Shown in pieces: positions 27,447-39,480 of a DNA stretch of 64,000 nucleotides. The notes below the pieces were generated by a model. It did no database searches. It had not been told where the DNA came from and saw only the letters and a program-made list of their open reading frames with translations. The position numbers were made by a program, and so were the translations under genes. The DNA is from Octopus sinensis (taxonomy: Eukaryota), in assembly GCF_006345805.1 (NCBI RefSeq), contig NC_043002.1:11718001-11782000 (forward strand), read 5' to 3'. Position 1 is the stretch's first letter; every line of letters begins with the position of its first letter.

Positions 27447-27480
27447 CTGCTGCTGTTGTTATTGCTGCTGCCGTTGCTGT
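27185..27480. repeat. Compound (CTA)/(CTG)/(CCA)/(AAT) microsatellite
   Basis: Direct reading. Confidence 0.95.
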
Positions 27481-27586
27481 AGCTATCGCCAGCCAAGCCC
27501 ACACATTTTTTTTTGCTCAACTCCTCCGTTCAACGAATCCCCAATGCCCTGGCTCACGCGCTCTCCTTCCATTCCGCAGCACAGAA

Positions 27587-27670
<84 letters not shown>

Positions 27671-27740
27671 TATGCATATATATGTGTTTATATATATGCA
27701 TGTATATGTTTGTGTATATATATATATGTGGTGTGTGTGT

Positions 27741-27790
<50 letters not shown>

Positions 27791-27804
27791 CATGTGTGTG
27801 TTCC

Positions 27805-28045
27805 TTTATTCTTTTACACGTTTCAGCCATGCGGCTGCGGTCATGCTGGAGCACCACCGTGGTCTTTTTGATTTCCTCACTCTGGAGTGTTTCACATCAC
27901 CGCTCCTCCGTGCAACTCTGTTCCAGCTGTTGGCCCATTTGTAGCATGATTCCGCTGCCTTCGTCTGCACCTCATGTCGGTGCGGTTGTTGCAACCGGTA
28001 TTGTGGAGAGGACGATGTCCAGTTCCATTTTGAAGGCATCTGCGT
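27805..28045 (-). mobile_element. Extreme 3' end of a CR1/L2-group LINE (ORF2 C-terminus plus tail)
   Basis: Minus strand encodes ADAFKMELDIVLSTIP (compare ..FK..LD.FL..IP..P at LINE ORF2 ends), followed by tail GGTGGTGCTCCAGCATGACCGCAGCCGCATGGCTGAAAC..GTAAAAGAATAAAG. Confidence 0.65.
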
Positions 28046-28309
28046 ATATATACATATATACAAACCTACACAGGAAGACGTATTTAGGTACCGATCAACT
28101 TATTTCTGAAAGCGCTGGATTAATAGACGCATTCAGATGTGTGAGTGTACATAACTACGTACCTGGCTGGATGCATCCATACATGCATGGATATATACAT
28201 ACGTACATACATACATACATACAAACAAACGTATGTACATATATACATACATAAGTACATCCATCAACATAATGTACATATATATACATGTATATATAGA
28301 TAAATATAT

Positions 28310-30365
28310 ATATATAGATAAGAAAGTTTGTTTGGTAAAGCACGTGGGTGAATATATAAGAAATTAGTAAAGTGTGAAAAAACAACAGAAGGCTTAAATG
28401 TTAAAAAATATATATATTTGTGTCAAAATGTCCGGAGAATATTGGAAAAATTTTTTTTCCTTTCCTTAAAATGACATAGTTTAAAAAATTTTTTAAGAAA
28501 TTACCGGTTTCGCGTGTAGCTTTTCAAATTTCTTGTGACGTTATGTTTATATTGCATGGAATTATCGTTGTTTTTATTTCCAGGAGATTTCTAAATAAGG
28601 GGAGGTAGTGAGTGATTTTTTCCGGTGTAGGGGAGATAATCGCTTAAAAATTTTTTTCCATTTTCCTTGTTAATTTCTCTGTGTCAGTATGTTCGGATGG
28701 TTGAGTCTGGGTTTGTACTTTTCAATGAAGAATGTTTCCTTGTTCAGTCTCATTTGTGTTGATGATCCGAAAGCACATTGGTAAAATGGGAAGATTAAAA
28801 TTGTGGCAGTAGTTGCTTTGCGCATTTCTCAATGTGCTCACTAAAAGGTATCATTCTATATTCTGGGAATGCAATCTGTTGTCGATGCAGTGTGCATCTG
28901 CGCCTGAGTGATAGTCCCGTGAACCCACGTAGTCTTGGTGGCAGCCCGAGCATTTAATAACATAAATTATGTTTTCAGAGGCACAAGTAAAGTTAGATTT
29001 GATCTTAAATTTCTGTCCCTCTTTAAAGAAGAATTCTGATCCTTCCAATAGGTTAGGACATGTTGCACAGTTCGATCTACCACATTTTTTTACTTTTGCA
29101 TCCGTAATTTTAGAAGACAATTTTGGCCTTTGTGAATCTTTTTAAGTGATTTAGGCTGTTTGTAGCTTTTAATGATTTGGTGTATGTTTAGAATTTCCTT
29201 TAATTTTGGTTTTTTATGAAGTATTGGTAAATTCTGGGTGATGATGGTGAAGGCTTCTTTGTTTCTGGGGTTGTATGTAGATATGTAAGGTAGTATTTTC
29301 GGGGAAGGTGTGTTGTTGTGTTGAACTTTTCTTAAGTTTCTATGTTGATTTCTGTTGCATGTCTGATCCCATCCACTATGAGTTGAGCTGGGTAATGTCT
29401 GTCAATTAGGGTGTTTTTGAGTTCTTGCAGTCTAAGTTCCTGGTATTTTTTTCTGCCACTATTGTGCATATCCTTCTTGCAAGGTTGAAGGGGATGTTTG
29501 TTTTAGTGTGTTTTGGGTGGCATGAATTAAAAAGAAGGTATTGTTTGGCGTCTGTGGCTTTGTAAAAAATGTCTGTTTCTATTTTAAGGTTAATTTTTTT
29601 AATTAGTATATCCAAGAACGGGAGCTCCTTTTGGTTGTATTCCATTGTGAACTGTATATTTGGGTTTATGCTGTTCAATAGGTTTTTAAATTTTAGGAGT
29701 TTATCTATGTTTTCATTCCAGAGAATGAAACAATCGTCTAGGAACCGTTTCCAATTCTCTTTTATGTATTGAGAGAGGGAGTTTCCAAAGATTGATAGAG
29801 ATTCCTGGTAAATGATTATTTCCATGTATTCCATTGTTAAGTTCGCAATGACTGGTGATGCCCTTGTACCCATAGCAATTCCGGATTTTTTACGGTAAAA
29901 TATATTGTCAAACATGAAGTGGTTATTGTGTAGGATGAATTCAATTGATTTAGTAATGAATTCCTTACTGATCCTTTTTGGTATTTCTTCCGGAAATTGG
30001 TCTAACCAGAATTGTATTGCCTCCAGTCCATAATTATGAGGTATACTGGTATACAAGTTGACTACATCAAATGAAACCAGGATTGTTTCTTCCTTGGTTT
30101 TTTTTGGGAGGTGGTTTAACATATCTAAGTCATCTCTGATATGGTTATCGATATGTTTAAGGAAGGGTTTCAAGAGGATGTCCATAAGTAGACTTAGTCT
30201 GTGTGTTTCACAGGTTGGGCCAGCTACAATGGGTCGTAGTTTTAGGTCCCCCGGATTAGGTGTGTGTATGTATGTCTTTGGTGATTTTTTAATGGTTCGC
30301 CTGGGGCTAAATGCAACAGTAACACCCCCACCACCCTGCCCTGTCCTAGCCATATTCAGATGGCT
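28310..30365 (-). mobile_element. Penelope-like element (Neptune-type), 5'-truncated: RT, Cys-rich linker, GIY-YIG and 3' pseudo-LTR
   Basis: ORF 29406-30353 has LRPIVAG, SFDVVNLYTSIP, GIAMGT, RFLDD, LPFLD and HP. ORF 28851-29120 has KCGRSNCATC..FTCASENIIYVIKCSGCHQDYVG. The downstream non-coding part recurs inverted at 63690-63935. Confidence 0.92.
28495..28534 (-). ncRNA. Minimal type-I hammerhead ribozyme-like motif (degenerate) in PLE pseudo-LTR
   Basis: AAGAAAT|TTGAAAA|GC-TACAC-GC|GAAAC|CG|GTA|ATTTCTT: 7-bp stem I, palindromic ACCGGT stem III; core deviates at positions 3 and 8. Confidence 0.6.
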
Positions 30366-30379
30366 TTAGTCCCTTATGT

Positions 30380-30411
<32 letters not shown>

Positions 30412-31315
30412 TATGTAAGTATGTGTTTGTATATATGTTAATCTTCTCCAACACACAAACGTATTCTACTAGTGGATGTGCGCTTGTTTAAATATACATG
30501 TCGGTGCTTTGAGGAAAGGGAGGTGTCTAACGTTTCGGCCACATACTTTTATCAAAGAAATGAACAGGGTGTCGCGTGTGCTATACGTGAGATCTATTCT
30601 GACGTTCTGTATATAATGGAGGCCGGAGTATATATGTTGCCTGAAATAGAGTTGAGGCAGATTGCATGCGAAAGTTCGTACTACACAACAACACAGTATA
30701 TATAGATATAGATATATATGTATGTATATATATTCGAAGATCCGGTGAGGCGATAATGTATTACGTGGTCACTGAACTATATTTTTTGTCAACTCATTTT
30801 CTTATTACCGGTCTGTACTCGATGTATGCTCCATACTGAAATATATACATATTAAGTTCTACACAAAGCCATTATTCCCACAACACCTAAGCGAAATATG
30901 TATGTGTTTGTGTGTGTGTGTGTGTGTATCAAAAATAGAACAAAAACGCAGCAGACAACAATAAAACATCCGTACAGATAGATAATACAAAGACGGACAG
31001 GAAAAAACAAGGACGGGTTATTCGTAGCCTTTCCTCCTCAGTCAAGTTTCCAGATTATCCTTACAGTTTCGGCCGGTTACACTTGAGACTGTTCGAATCT
31101 GGTTGGCCGCAAAAATCTAAACTAAGAGCATTAAATATTTTGGGAGAAAGCAAGCGAATGTGTACGATAACAAAAACGAAAGAACGGAGAAAATCTTTCT
31201 TCGGACACAAATCTTTCTTCAGATGCATCAAAATTATCGAGGAGAAACCGGAACGAAATATACGAGCTGTACTCTTATTCAGTTTCCAAGAGGGTTTATT
31301 AGTATCAGTAGTGGA

Positions 31316-31690
31316 GGCGCAATGGCCCAGTGGTTAGGATAGCGGACTTGCGGTTGTAGGATCGCGGTTTCGATTCCCAGACCGGGCCTTGTGAGTGTTT
31401 GTTGAGCGAAAACACCCAAAGCTGCATGAGGCTCCGGCAGGAGGTGGGTGGTGGCGAACCCTGCTGTACTCTTTCACCACAAATTTCTCTCTTTCTGTTT
31501 CTGCTGTACCTGTATTTCAAAGGGCTAGTCTTGTCACACTCTGTGTCACGTTGAATCTCCCCGTGAACTACGTCAAGGGTACACGTGTCTGTGGATTACT
31601 CAGCCACTTGCAGGTTAATCTCACGAGCAGGCTGTTCCGTTGATCGGATCAAGTGGAACCCTCGTCGTCGCAACCGACGGAGTTCCACCA
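31316..31690 (+). mobile_element. tRNA-derived SINE family D
   Basis: Head GGCGCAATGGCCCAGTGGTTAGG..GGTTTCGATTCCCAGACC; tail ..GTTGATCGGATCAAGTGGAACCCTCGTCGTCGCAACCGACGGAG. Confidence 0.85.
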
Positions 31691-31719
31691 TTAGTATCAG
31701 TTTTATGTCAAATCCAGGA

Positions 31720-32200
31720 ACTCAGCCACTTGCAAGTTAGCTTCTCTTGTGATTTACAGCGAAAGAGAATCAGGGGTAAGGTCTCCTTCCTATGCCTACT
31801 AAGTGTGCGGACATTCGGCCCTTTTAATAATACCAAAGTATCTTCCCTATACAAGTCACAGCTAGCAGGATGGGTGAGGGGTATTCTTACTGAGCATATG
31901 AAGAATAAAAAGTTTTGCTTCCATAGCAATATCGAATGAGCCTTCCAAGTTTATCCGCTCTATCTAGATTAAAAGTTTTGGCAAATAGTAGAAATCTGTT
32001 GGCCATGATGTCGTTTATGCCTTCATCACTAATTTCAGTATATAACAAATAACTCAATATAGACGGGTAACAATCGACTACATCGAATTGGGTGACGCTT
32101 TTTCTGTCTACAACGCCTTTAGCTTTAAACCACGAACTGACTTCATTTGTGTTGCCTTGCAGAGAAAGACCAAAGACTCTCCTAAAGTCATTGTTGATCT
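31720..32200 (-). pseudogene. Internally deleted Penelope-like RT fragment of a second lineage (YRDD-type)
   Basis: NTNEVSSWFK..TQFDVVDCYPSI (31887-32345 frame) and CDLYREDTLVLL (31708-31929 frame) resemble the FDIVxFYPSI and LYRDDGL motifs of PLE RTs. Confidence 0.65.
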
Positions 32201-33185
32201 GCTGACTTTGCGGGGTTGAGCTGTCGATATTTGTTATTGGAGGCAAATTTAGTTTTGTGGTCCTTAACCAATTTCCTGTCACGGGTGATGCACAATACAT
32301 ACTTCCCTGACGACCATACATCATGTAACTGATACACATTCTCAATTGATTTCAACCACGGGAGTAATTTTGAACTTATGAAAGGAAAGCATTATATTAT
32401 ACTCAGAACATTTGAAAAACAAACATGGGCGTATAAGACAAACTTAGGAAATTATTTGAACAGATAAATAGTTAAATATTGTGAAGTCATCGAAGTTCTT
32501 CTCTATTTACGTAAGTACCTTGGATGTCCTGTTGTTTAAGATATTAAGTTTCGCATTATGTTGTTAAACTTACTTCTACAGATATACTAATGTCTTGCAA
32601 ACAACTTGCACATGCAAATGCTACCAGTCAAAAACTCCGCATACCGGAAGCCAGCAAGTCTTATGGGGTCATCAGGAGAGAATGCGCGCCGTTTCGGGGC
32701 CTACCACTCGACGGCATCAATGCGCACCGGCCGCCCTCACTGATATGAGGCCCCGCTTGCTAGATCAACTGGTTATCAAATAAAGCTCAATATTCTTCTA
32801 ACCATCGCTCATCGTCTCTTTTTAACCAAATCCAGTGGCTAGCCTTCTCCACTGTAGTCTGGATATCGGTCATGGTGGTATTGACTTTTCGATGAGTTAG
32901 GCCTAGCGATAACAACAGTCGTCTCACACTGTGTCTAACAAACCCTCTACATCCGACTTCGATTGGAAAATGCTCCGCTTTCCAGCATTATATTATTTCT
33001 ATAGAATATCTCTTTTACTCCTTTACTCTTTTACTTGTTTCAGTCAATTGACTACGGCGATGCTGGAGCACTGCCTTTAGTCGAGCAAATCGACTGTTAA
33101 AATAACTTTAACAAAATAATGTAAAAAATACTGCTAACGTTGTAGAACATGGTGTTGAGTATTGAAAGTATTTGATATATTTTAT

Positions 33186-33341
33186 AGGCGTAGGAGTGGC
33201 TGTGTGGTAAGTAGCTTGGTTACCAACTACATGGTTCCGGATTCAGTCCCACTGCGTGGCACCTTATATAGCCTCGGGCCGACCAAAGCCTTGTGAGTGG
33301 ATTTGGTAGACAGAAACTGAAGGAAGCCCGTCGTATATATG

Positions 33342-33383
<42 letters not shown>

Positions 33384-33575
33384 TCCCCCCCCCCCAACAT
33401 TGCTTGACGACCGATGCTGAGGTGTTTACGTCTCCGTAACATAGCGGTTCGGCAAAAGAGACCGATAGAATAAGTACTAGGCTTACAAAGAATAAGTCCT
33501 GGGGTCAATGTGCTCGACTAAAGGCGGTGCTGCAGCATGGTCACGGTCAAAATGACTTAAACAAGTAAAAGAGTA
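33186..33575 (+). mobile_element. SINE family A, full length
   Basis: GGCGTAGGAGTGGCTGTGTGGTAAG head through ..AAACAAGTAAAAGAGT tail. Confidence 0.92.
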
Positions 33576-33814
33576 TATTTCGTTTGCATAACGAAATACC
33601 ACGTATCTTTAAGTTTCATATGACTCGGCGCTGTACTTTAATAAATTGCATCTCATGATATCCAGTTCTTCATGTAATCACAACTGTTTTGTCTTGTGAC
33701 GTTTATTAATATTGGATATTACTGTACCAAACAAGCTTACTTTACTGTATACACATTGAATAATTGCTGGATTATTTTAGCAATCCAGATGTTATTATTA
33801 ATATTATTATTATT

Positions 33815-34368
33815 GAGTGAGCGAGAGGTGCATGCCATCAAAGTGACACTGGGGTAAAATATACGAAGCCTCGTATACCCATCATGACTACCCGTCTGAT
33901 AAGGGTATACTAGACACATACATCACAACCATATGTGCGCGACATGGTGATCTCATATCAAGATAAACAGCGCATGACCTTGCAGGTGGGGCCCAGTTAG
34001 AATTTCTTTCAGGTCGAGTAGCCCATCCTGCTCAAAAGGTCCCTGAATGAGGGTTGTTTAAGGATGTTGAACGAAACACCCATGTTTCCAGAGATGAATT
34101 ATTCAAACCCCAAAGAATCCCTCTCAACACATTGCTATGATGCTCCCCCACTACTTCTGCTCGTGATCAGAGATGCACATATCGTCAGCCACTAAGGGAC
34201 ATGCTCAACTGGTTAAAATCAAACAAGTGACAAGCAAATCTGTGGTATTGAGCAGAATATTTGCTGTAGCCCATCTTTTATACCAAGACAAAACAATGTA
34301 CATGGTAACACTTCCAATCAGCTAAGATCAGAAGCCACGAGAGCCACTGCCTGGTACTGCATCAGGGC

Positions 34369-34402
<34 letters not shown>

Positions 34403-34956
34403 GAGTGAGAGAGCAGTGTATGCCATCAAAGTGACACTGGGGTAAAATATACGAAGCCCAATATACCCATCATGACTACCCGTCTGATAAGGGTACACTA
34501 GGGACATGCATCACAACCATATGTGCGCGACATGGTGATCTCATATCAAGATAAACAGCACATGACCTTGCAGGTGGGGCCCAGTTAGAATTTTCTTCAG
34601 GTTGGGTAGCCCATCCCGCTCAAACGGTCCCTGAATAAGGGTTGTTTAAGGATGTTGAAAGAACCACCCATGTTTCCAGAGGTGAACTATTCAAACCCCA
34701 AAGAATCCCTCTCAACACATGGCTATGATGCTCCCCCACTACTTCTGCTCGTGATCAGAGATGCACATATTGTCAGCCACGAAGGGACATGCTCAACTGG
34801 TTAAGGTCAAACAACTGACAAGCAAATCTGTGATATTGAGCAGAATATTTGCTGTAGCCCATCTTTTATACAAGACAAAACAATGTACATGATAACACTT
34901 CCAATCAGTTAAGATCAGAAGCCATGAGAGCCACTGCCTGGTACTGCATCAGGGCA
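33815..34956. mobile_element. Two head-to-tail copies of a ~555-bp non-coding interspersed element embedded in (ATT)n
   Basis: Copy 1 is 33815-34369 and copy 2 is 34403-34956. Both run GAGTGAG..TACTGCATCAGGGCA with scattered substitutions; (ATT)n lies before, between and after. Confidence 0.85.
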
Positions 34957-35023
34957 TTATTATTATTATATTATTATTATATTATTATTATTATTATTAT
35001 TACTATTATTATTACTATTATTA

Positions 35024-35082
<59 letters not shown>

Positions 35083-35113
35083 TTATTATTATTATTGTTA
35101 TTATTATTATTAT
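34957..35113. repeat. (ATT)n microsatellite
   Basis: Direct reading. Confidence 0.95.
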
Positions 35114-35795
35114 TGTCTGTAAATCAGAATAGGCGTTTTTATATATCTAGGGTTTATGCTGTCGTTATATGATGACTTGTACGATACTGTATCACTGCTC
35201 CAAATTACTGATAGACAGACATTTCTCTAACTGACAGACAGACAGACAGACAGACAGTTCCTAGCAAATATTAAATTACCTGATTTAGAAAACACAGTAT
35301 AAGCGATTCCTTGTAAATCCATCAGCAGCAGCCCATTAAAGGTGATGTCACGTAAATTAACGTTCTTACTTTCCCGTTAATGATTCTGAGTACTTCATTA
35401 ATATGCGCTGATTCAGCATGCCCGAATTTCAACTCATTAACTTTAAGGAAGATTCTCCAGATTTATGCAATTAAGACAAATACCACTTGATGAACTCAGC
35501 TCTATCACTGCCTTGTGACGTCAATTGCCTTTGAAAATACTAAACCGATAACGTTTATCTTTTCAGCACATTATATGCATGTGATTATATGTTATTTGTT
35601 TGTGACTGTGTGAGTGCAATCTCCCTCACTCTGTCTGTCTGTGTATCTGTCTCTATCTCATATACGTGTGTGTGTATGTGTGTGTTGTGTGTGTGTGTGT
35701 GTGTGTGTGAGTATGTATGTGTATCCGCAAATGCATCAATCACACAGGCACACACGTAGACAAACACACACACACATCTACGTACACACAAATGC

Positions 35796-35796
<1 letters not shown>

Positions 35797-35865
<69 letters not shown>

Positions 35866-36036
35866 TTATTTATCTATCTGTCTATCTGTCTGTCTGTCTG
35901 TTTGCCTGTCTGTCTGTCTGACTGTCTGTCTGACTGTCTGTCTGACTGTCTGTCTGTCTGTCTGACTGTCTGTCTGTCTGTCTGCCTGTCTGCCTGTTTG
36001 TCTGTGTGTTTGTCTGTCTATCTATCTATCTATCTA

Positions 36037-36091
<55 letters not shown>

Positions 36092-36114
36092 GCCTGCCTG
36101 CCTGTTTGCCTGGG

Positions 36115-36170
<56 letters not shown>
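35797..36170. repeat. (TATC)n/(TGTC)n compound microsatellite
   Basis: Direct reading. Confidence 0.95.
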
Positions 36171-36627
36171 AAAGATATCTATTTGTGTATGTGTGTGGTG
36201 TGTGTGTGCGCGTGTATGCGCATGTGTGTGTGTAGTATGGTGCTAGCTACATCTAAATCACTGAAGGTTTTTTAAAAATGTGCTGTTCACTTAACGTACA
36301 TCCATAATGGCTCAGTAGGAATTCGTTATGGATGACGTCTCAAAACGGTGAGGACAACAATATCTCTCATTTCATTATGCGTCAAGAACCACGTAGATTA
36401 AATTGAATGTTAATGTCTCATGTAAAGAATGTTTGAGGTTACATTTTTATTTTGTAGCTGTGAGGCTGAATATTCAATTCGCAATCGCGCGATTCTTGTT
36501 TTGGTCCTACAACCCTGCACTTGAGGTACTTGTCCGTCACCGTAATCTTACGACCTAAGAGCAATTAGTCAATATAGCTCTTAATGAAGGGAAACTATGG
36601 GGAAACTCCTACTGCGTACGTATATGC

Positions 36628-36680
<53 letters not shown>

Positions 36681-37604
36681 TAACAGTAGAAAACCTATCT
36701 TCTTTCGTTACACTTATCTAGAAAATTCACTTCGGTATGTACCAAGCGGAAATAAGTCCCGGAGTTGATATATCTCTGCGATGTGTTGTTTGTTTTGTTT
36801 CACTCTCGAACAGATCTGCTATCAAATTTTCAAAACGAGATAAGATATTTGGCACTTATTTCAGGGAGGTTGAGTGACCATTCGGTTTCTGAGTAAATGT
36901 GAAATATCTGATATTAGATGAGAGAAACGTATGACTAAGCCGGAGGGATGGAGGGAGGGAGAGGGCATGCGAGGGAGTGTGTATGCGTGGGTTTGTGTGC
37001 GTGTGTGTATGTCTGCATTGTATTTGTGTGTGTGTGCGTATGCGTGTGTGTGTGTGTGTGTGCATGAGAGTGTGTGTCCGTGTAAGAAATTATGAAAATA
37101 TAATATGAAAAATCATTATCTGTTTAATACAACCTGCACTTGAATACTTCACGATGGTGGATACGCCATATATCTCGTGTGACTCTCAGTTTTCTTAGTT
37201 TCATCGGAAGTTGTCTTCGGTCAATGACCTGACCATGACTTTGTAAGGGAGTCTATCGTTTAGCCTCTCTTGGATTGATTTCTTAAATTACTATTTGCAG
37301 GTGACTCATTTGCTACCAACATCTGGGTCTCTCAAACACTTCTGTTAATCTGATATACTGTTAGTCAAATAGAGTTGTTCCGTTCACTACAGAGTCGCCA
37401 GTTGGTCAGTTTCTCCATCCAGCTGACGTTAGACGACATTCAGAGTATCCGAGCGTAAAATTTCTTCACTGAGCTTTCAAGATCCAACAAAGAATTTCTC
37501 CACTGAGCTTTCAAACCAGCCTCGATTTCTGGTTGGAAAGTTCTTTTCATATGTTTTCTACTGTTCTTCATTCAGACATACTTCATATTATTTATAAATA
37601 GCAG

Positions 37605-37820
37605 AAGGCAGTGAGCAGGCGGAAACGTTAGGTCGCTGGGCGAAATGCTTAGCGGTATTTCGCCCGTTGCTACATTCTGATTTCAAATTCCACCGAAGTT
37701 GACTTTGCTTTTCATCCTTTCGGGATTGATGAATTAAGTACCAGTGAAACACAGGGGTCAATATAATCAACTTGTCCCCTCCCCCAAAATTTCATGCCTT
37801 GTGCCTATAGTAGATAGGAT
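37605..37820 (+). mobile_element. SINE family C monomer with standard tail
   Basis: AAGGCAGTGAGCAGGCGGAAACGTTAG..GATTTCAAATTCCACCGAAGTTGACTTTGC..CCCCAAAATTTCATGCCTTGTGCCTATAGTAGA. Confidence 0.85.
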
Positions 37821-38738
37821 TATTTTTAAATAGCAGTGAACCAGTGCTCAGCTCTCTTTTCCAAGAGACAGTAATATATGTCTGTGTAGAATATATTGCG
37901 GTGCGTATACACCAAACTTTGATTTGATCGCAGCTATGTTCCATATTATCGACTGCTTTCGAGTCAAGTGCTCAACGCTGCCTAATATAGGCTGCGCGAT
38001 GTAACCAAACGTCTTGAAATTGGTTTGAAATCTTGATGGAATTGTCTGAAAATCTGTGAATTTATTTGCTAGCAAAGCAATGTAAGTGGCCATGGGCAGA
38101 ACTGTTGGTGTCATTGCATCAACAACGTGTTCCTAATGACTTCAATGGATTTCTGGACGGCGTAGTCCAGAGCCGGGCACGGGTGTTTCACCTTGTCGTA
38201 GCCGAGATCAAATACATTGTTTTCACTATCAAATGTCAGCATCCGTAATATGCTGTTATTATACGAGAGCAGACGTTTGGTTTCGTGATGTCGATCCCTG
38301 CCTCTTGATGAATTCAAGTAAATGCTTTCTTCATGATAATAAACGTCAAGATATTGATAACCGACAGCGGCTCTCTTATCCCCCTTCAACATCAATCCAA
38401 CGCCACAATCTGTAGAATTCATTGCATGCATTCCCTGGGTTGAGAGCCAGACGAGACTGAGTTAATCCATTACTATCAATTTGGTAATCTAGTATACGAA
38501 ATTGAAACAGCATTTAATTAAAATAGATATCTGTGTATCATACTTAATGTATATTGTCGATTGACAAATTACTGCAGTATTTGTTCTTAATTAACATTTC
38601 ATATAGACTTGCTGTATTAACAACACAATAAAAGTCAGAAAAACGGAGATTCGTCCCAGCCGGGACCAGCAAGAGCACCAGATGCTTGGCGTGTATATAC
38701 ATTAAGTATGATATATTGATAGCCATTACAATTAAATG

Positions 38739-39282
38739 TTGGGTTGTCCGGAAAGTTTGTGCCGATTTTTAAAGGAAAGAAAAAGGTCAATAAATACATG
38801 CTATTACATTTTTAATCAACCAAATGTGAACCATTTTGTTGCACAATGCGTCTACATCTTTCCTTTAACTTGAAAATACCCACTTCTCAGAATTGAGGTG
38901 GTTTCATGGCAAAGAAGTCATCAACGTATTTGAAACTTTTACCATTAAGACTATTCCGCAAAGGACTGAATAAGTGGAAATCCGAAGGAGCATATCTGGT
39001 GAATATGGAGGGTGGGGTAACGCATCCCAGCCGAGCTGCAGCAATTTTTTTCTGGTTCCCAAAGCATCAAGTACCGAAAATGAACTTTCTTATCTTCCAT
39101 TTCAAAGAGATGCAGAAATAACACAGGTTATAGGAACATAAACATTCTTCCACGAAAAGATAGCTTAAACGGTGATCTAAATGGAGGTGTAGTCAAATCC
39201 TTTTTTATAGACTCAACCATGTTTTAATATGAATCGAAAGGTAAGCTACTATAAATCGGCACGAACTTTCCGGACAACCCAA
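38739..39282 (-). mobile_element. Internally deleted mariner element (both TIRs plus transposase C-terminus)
   Basis: About 30-bp TIRs TTGGGTTGTCCGGAAAGTTTGTGCCGATTT / AAATCGGCACGAACTTTCCGGACAACCCAA. The minus strand encodes LGWDALPHPPYSPD..APSDFHLF and IVQQNG. Confidence 0.92.
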
Positions 39283-39480
39283 TGCTACCTCAACTGCGTA
39301 TGCTGTATTTTCCTTAGCAGGGCAGCTATTCGCAGCATTAGTGAATGTTTTGTTCACATCTTCCTATATCAAAGAAGAAAAATACTTGCTAAAGCACGTG
39401 GCTGGTTAAAAAAAATAAAGGTTTTAAAAGGTAGAATTGTCGCTTCGAGGACGAATTTTTGTGTCTCTAATATATTTATT

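Noticed and set aside
30520-30560. Minus-strand TTGATAA..CGAAACGTTAGA hammerhead-like remnant
   Set aside because: Core is mutated at two positions and stem II is unpaired; too decayed to call.
32683-32726. Minus-strand TGCGC..TTGAT..GCC/GGC..CGAAACGGCGCGCA hammerhead-like remnant
   Set aside because: It needs a multi-base deletion and several substitutions to restore the core.
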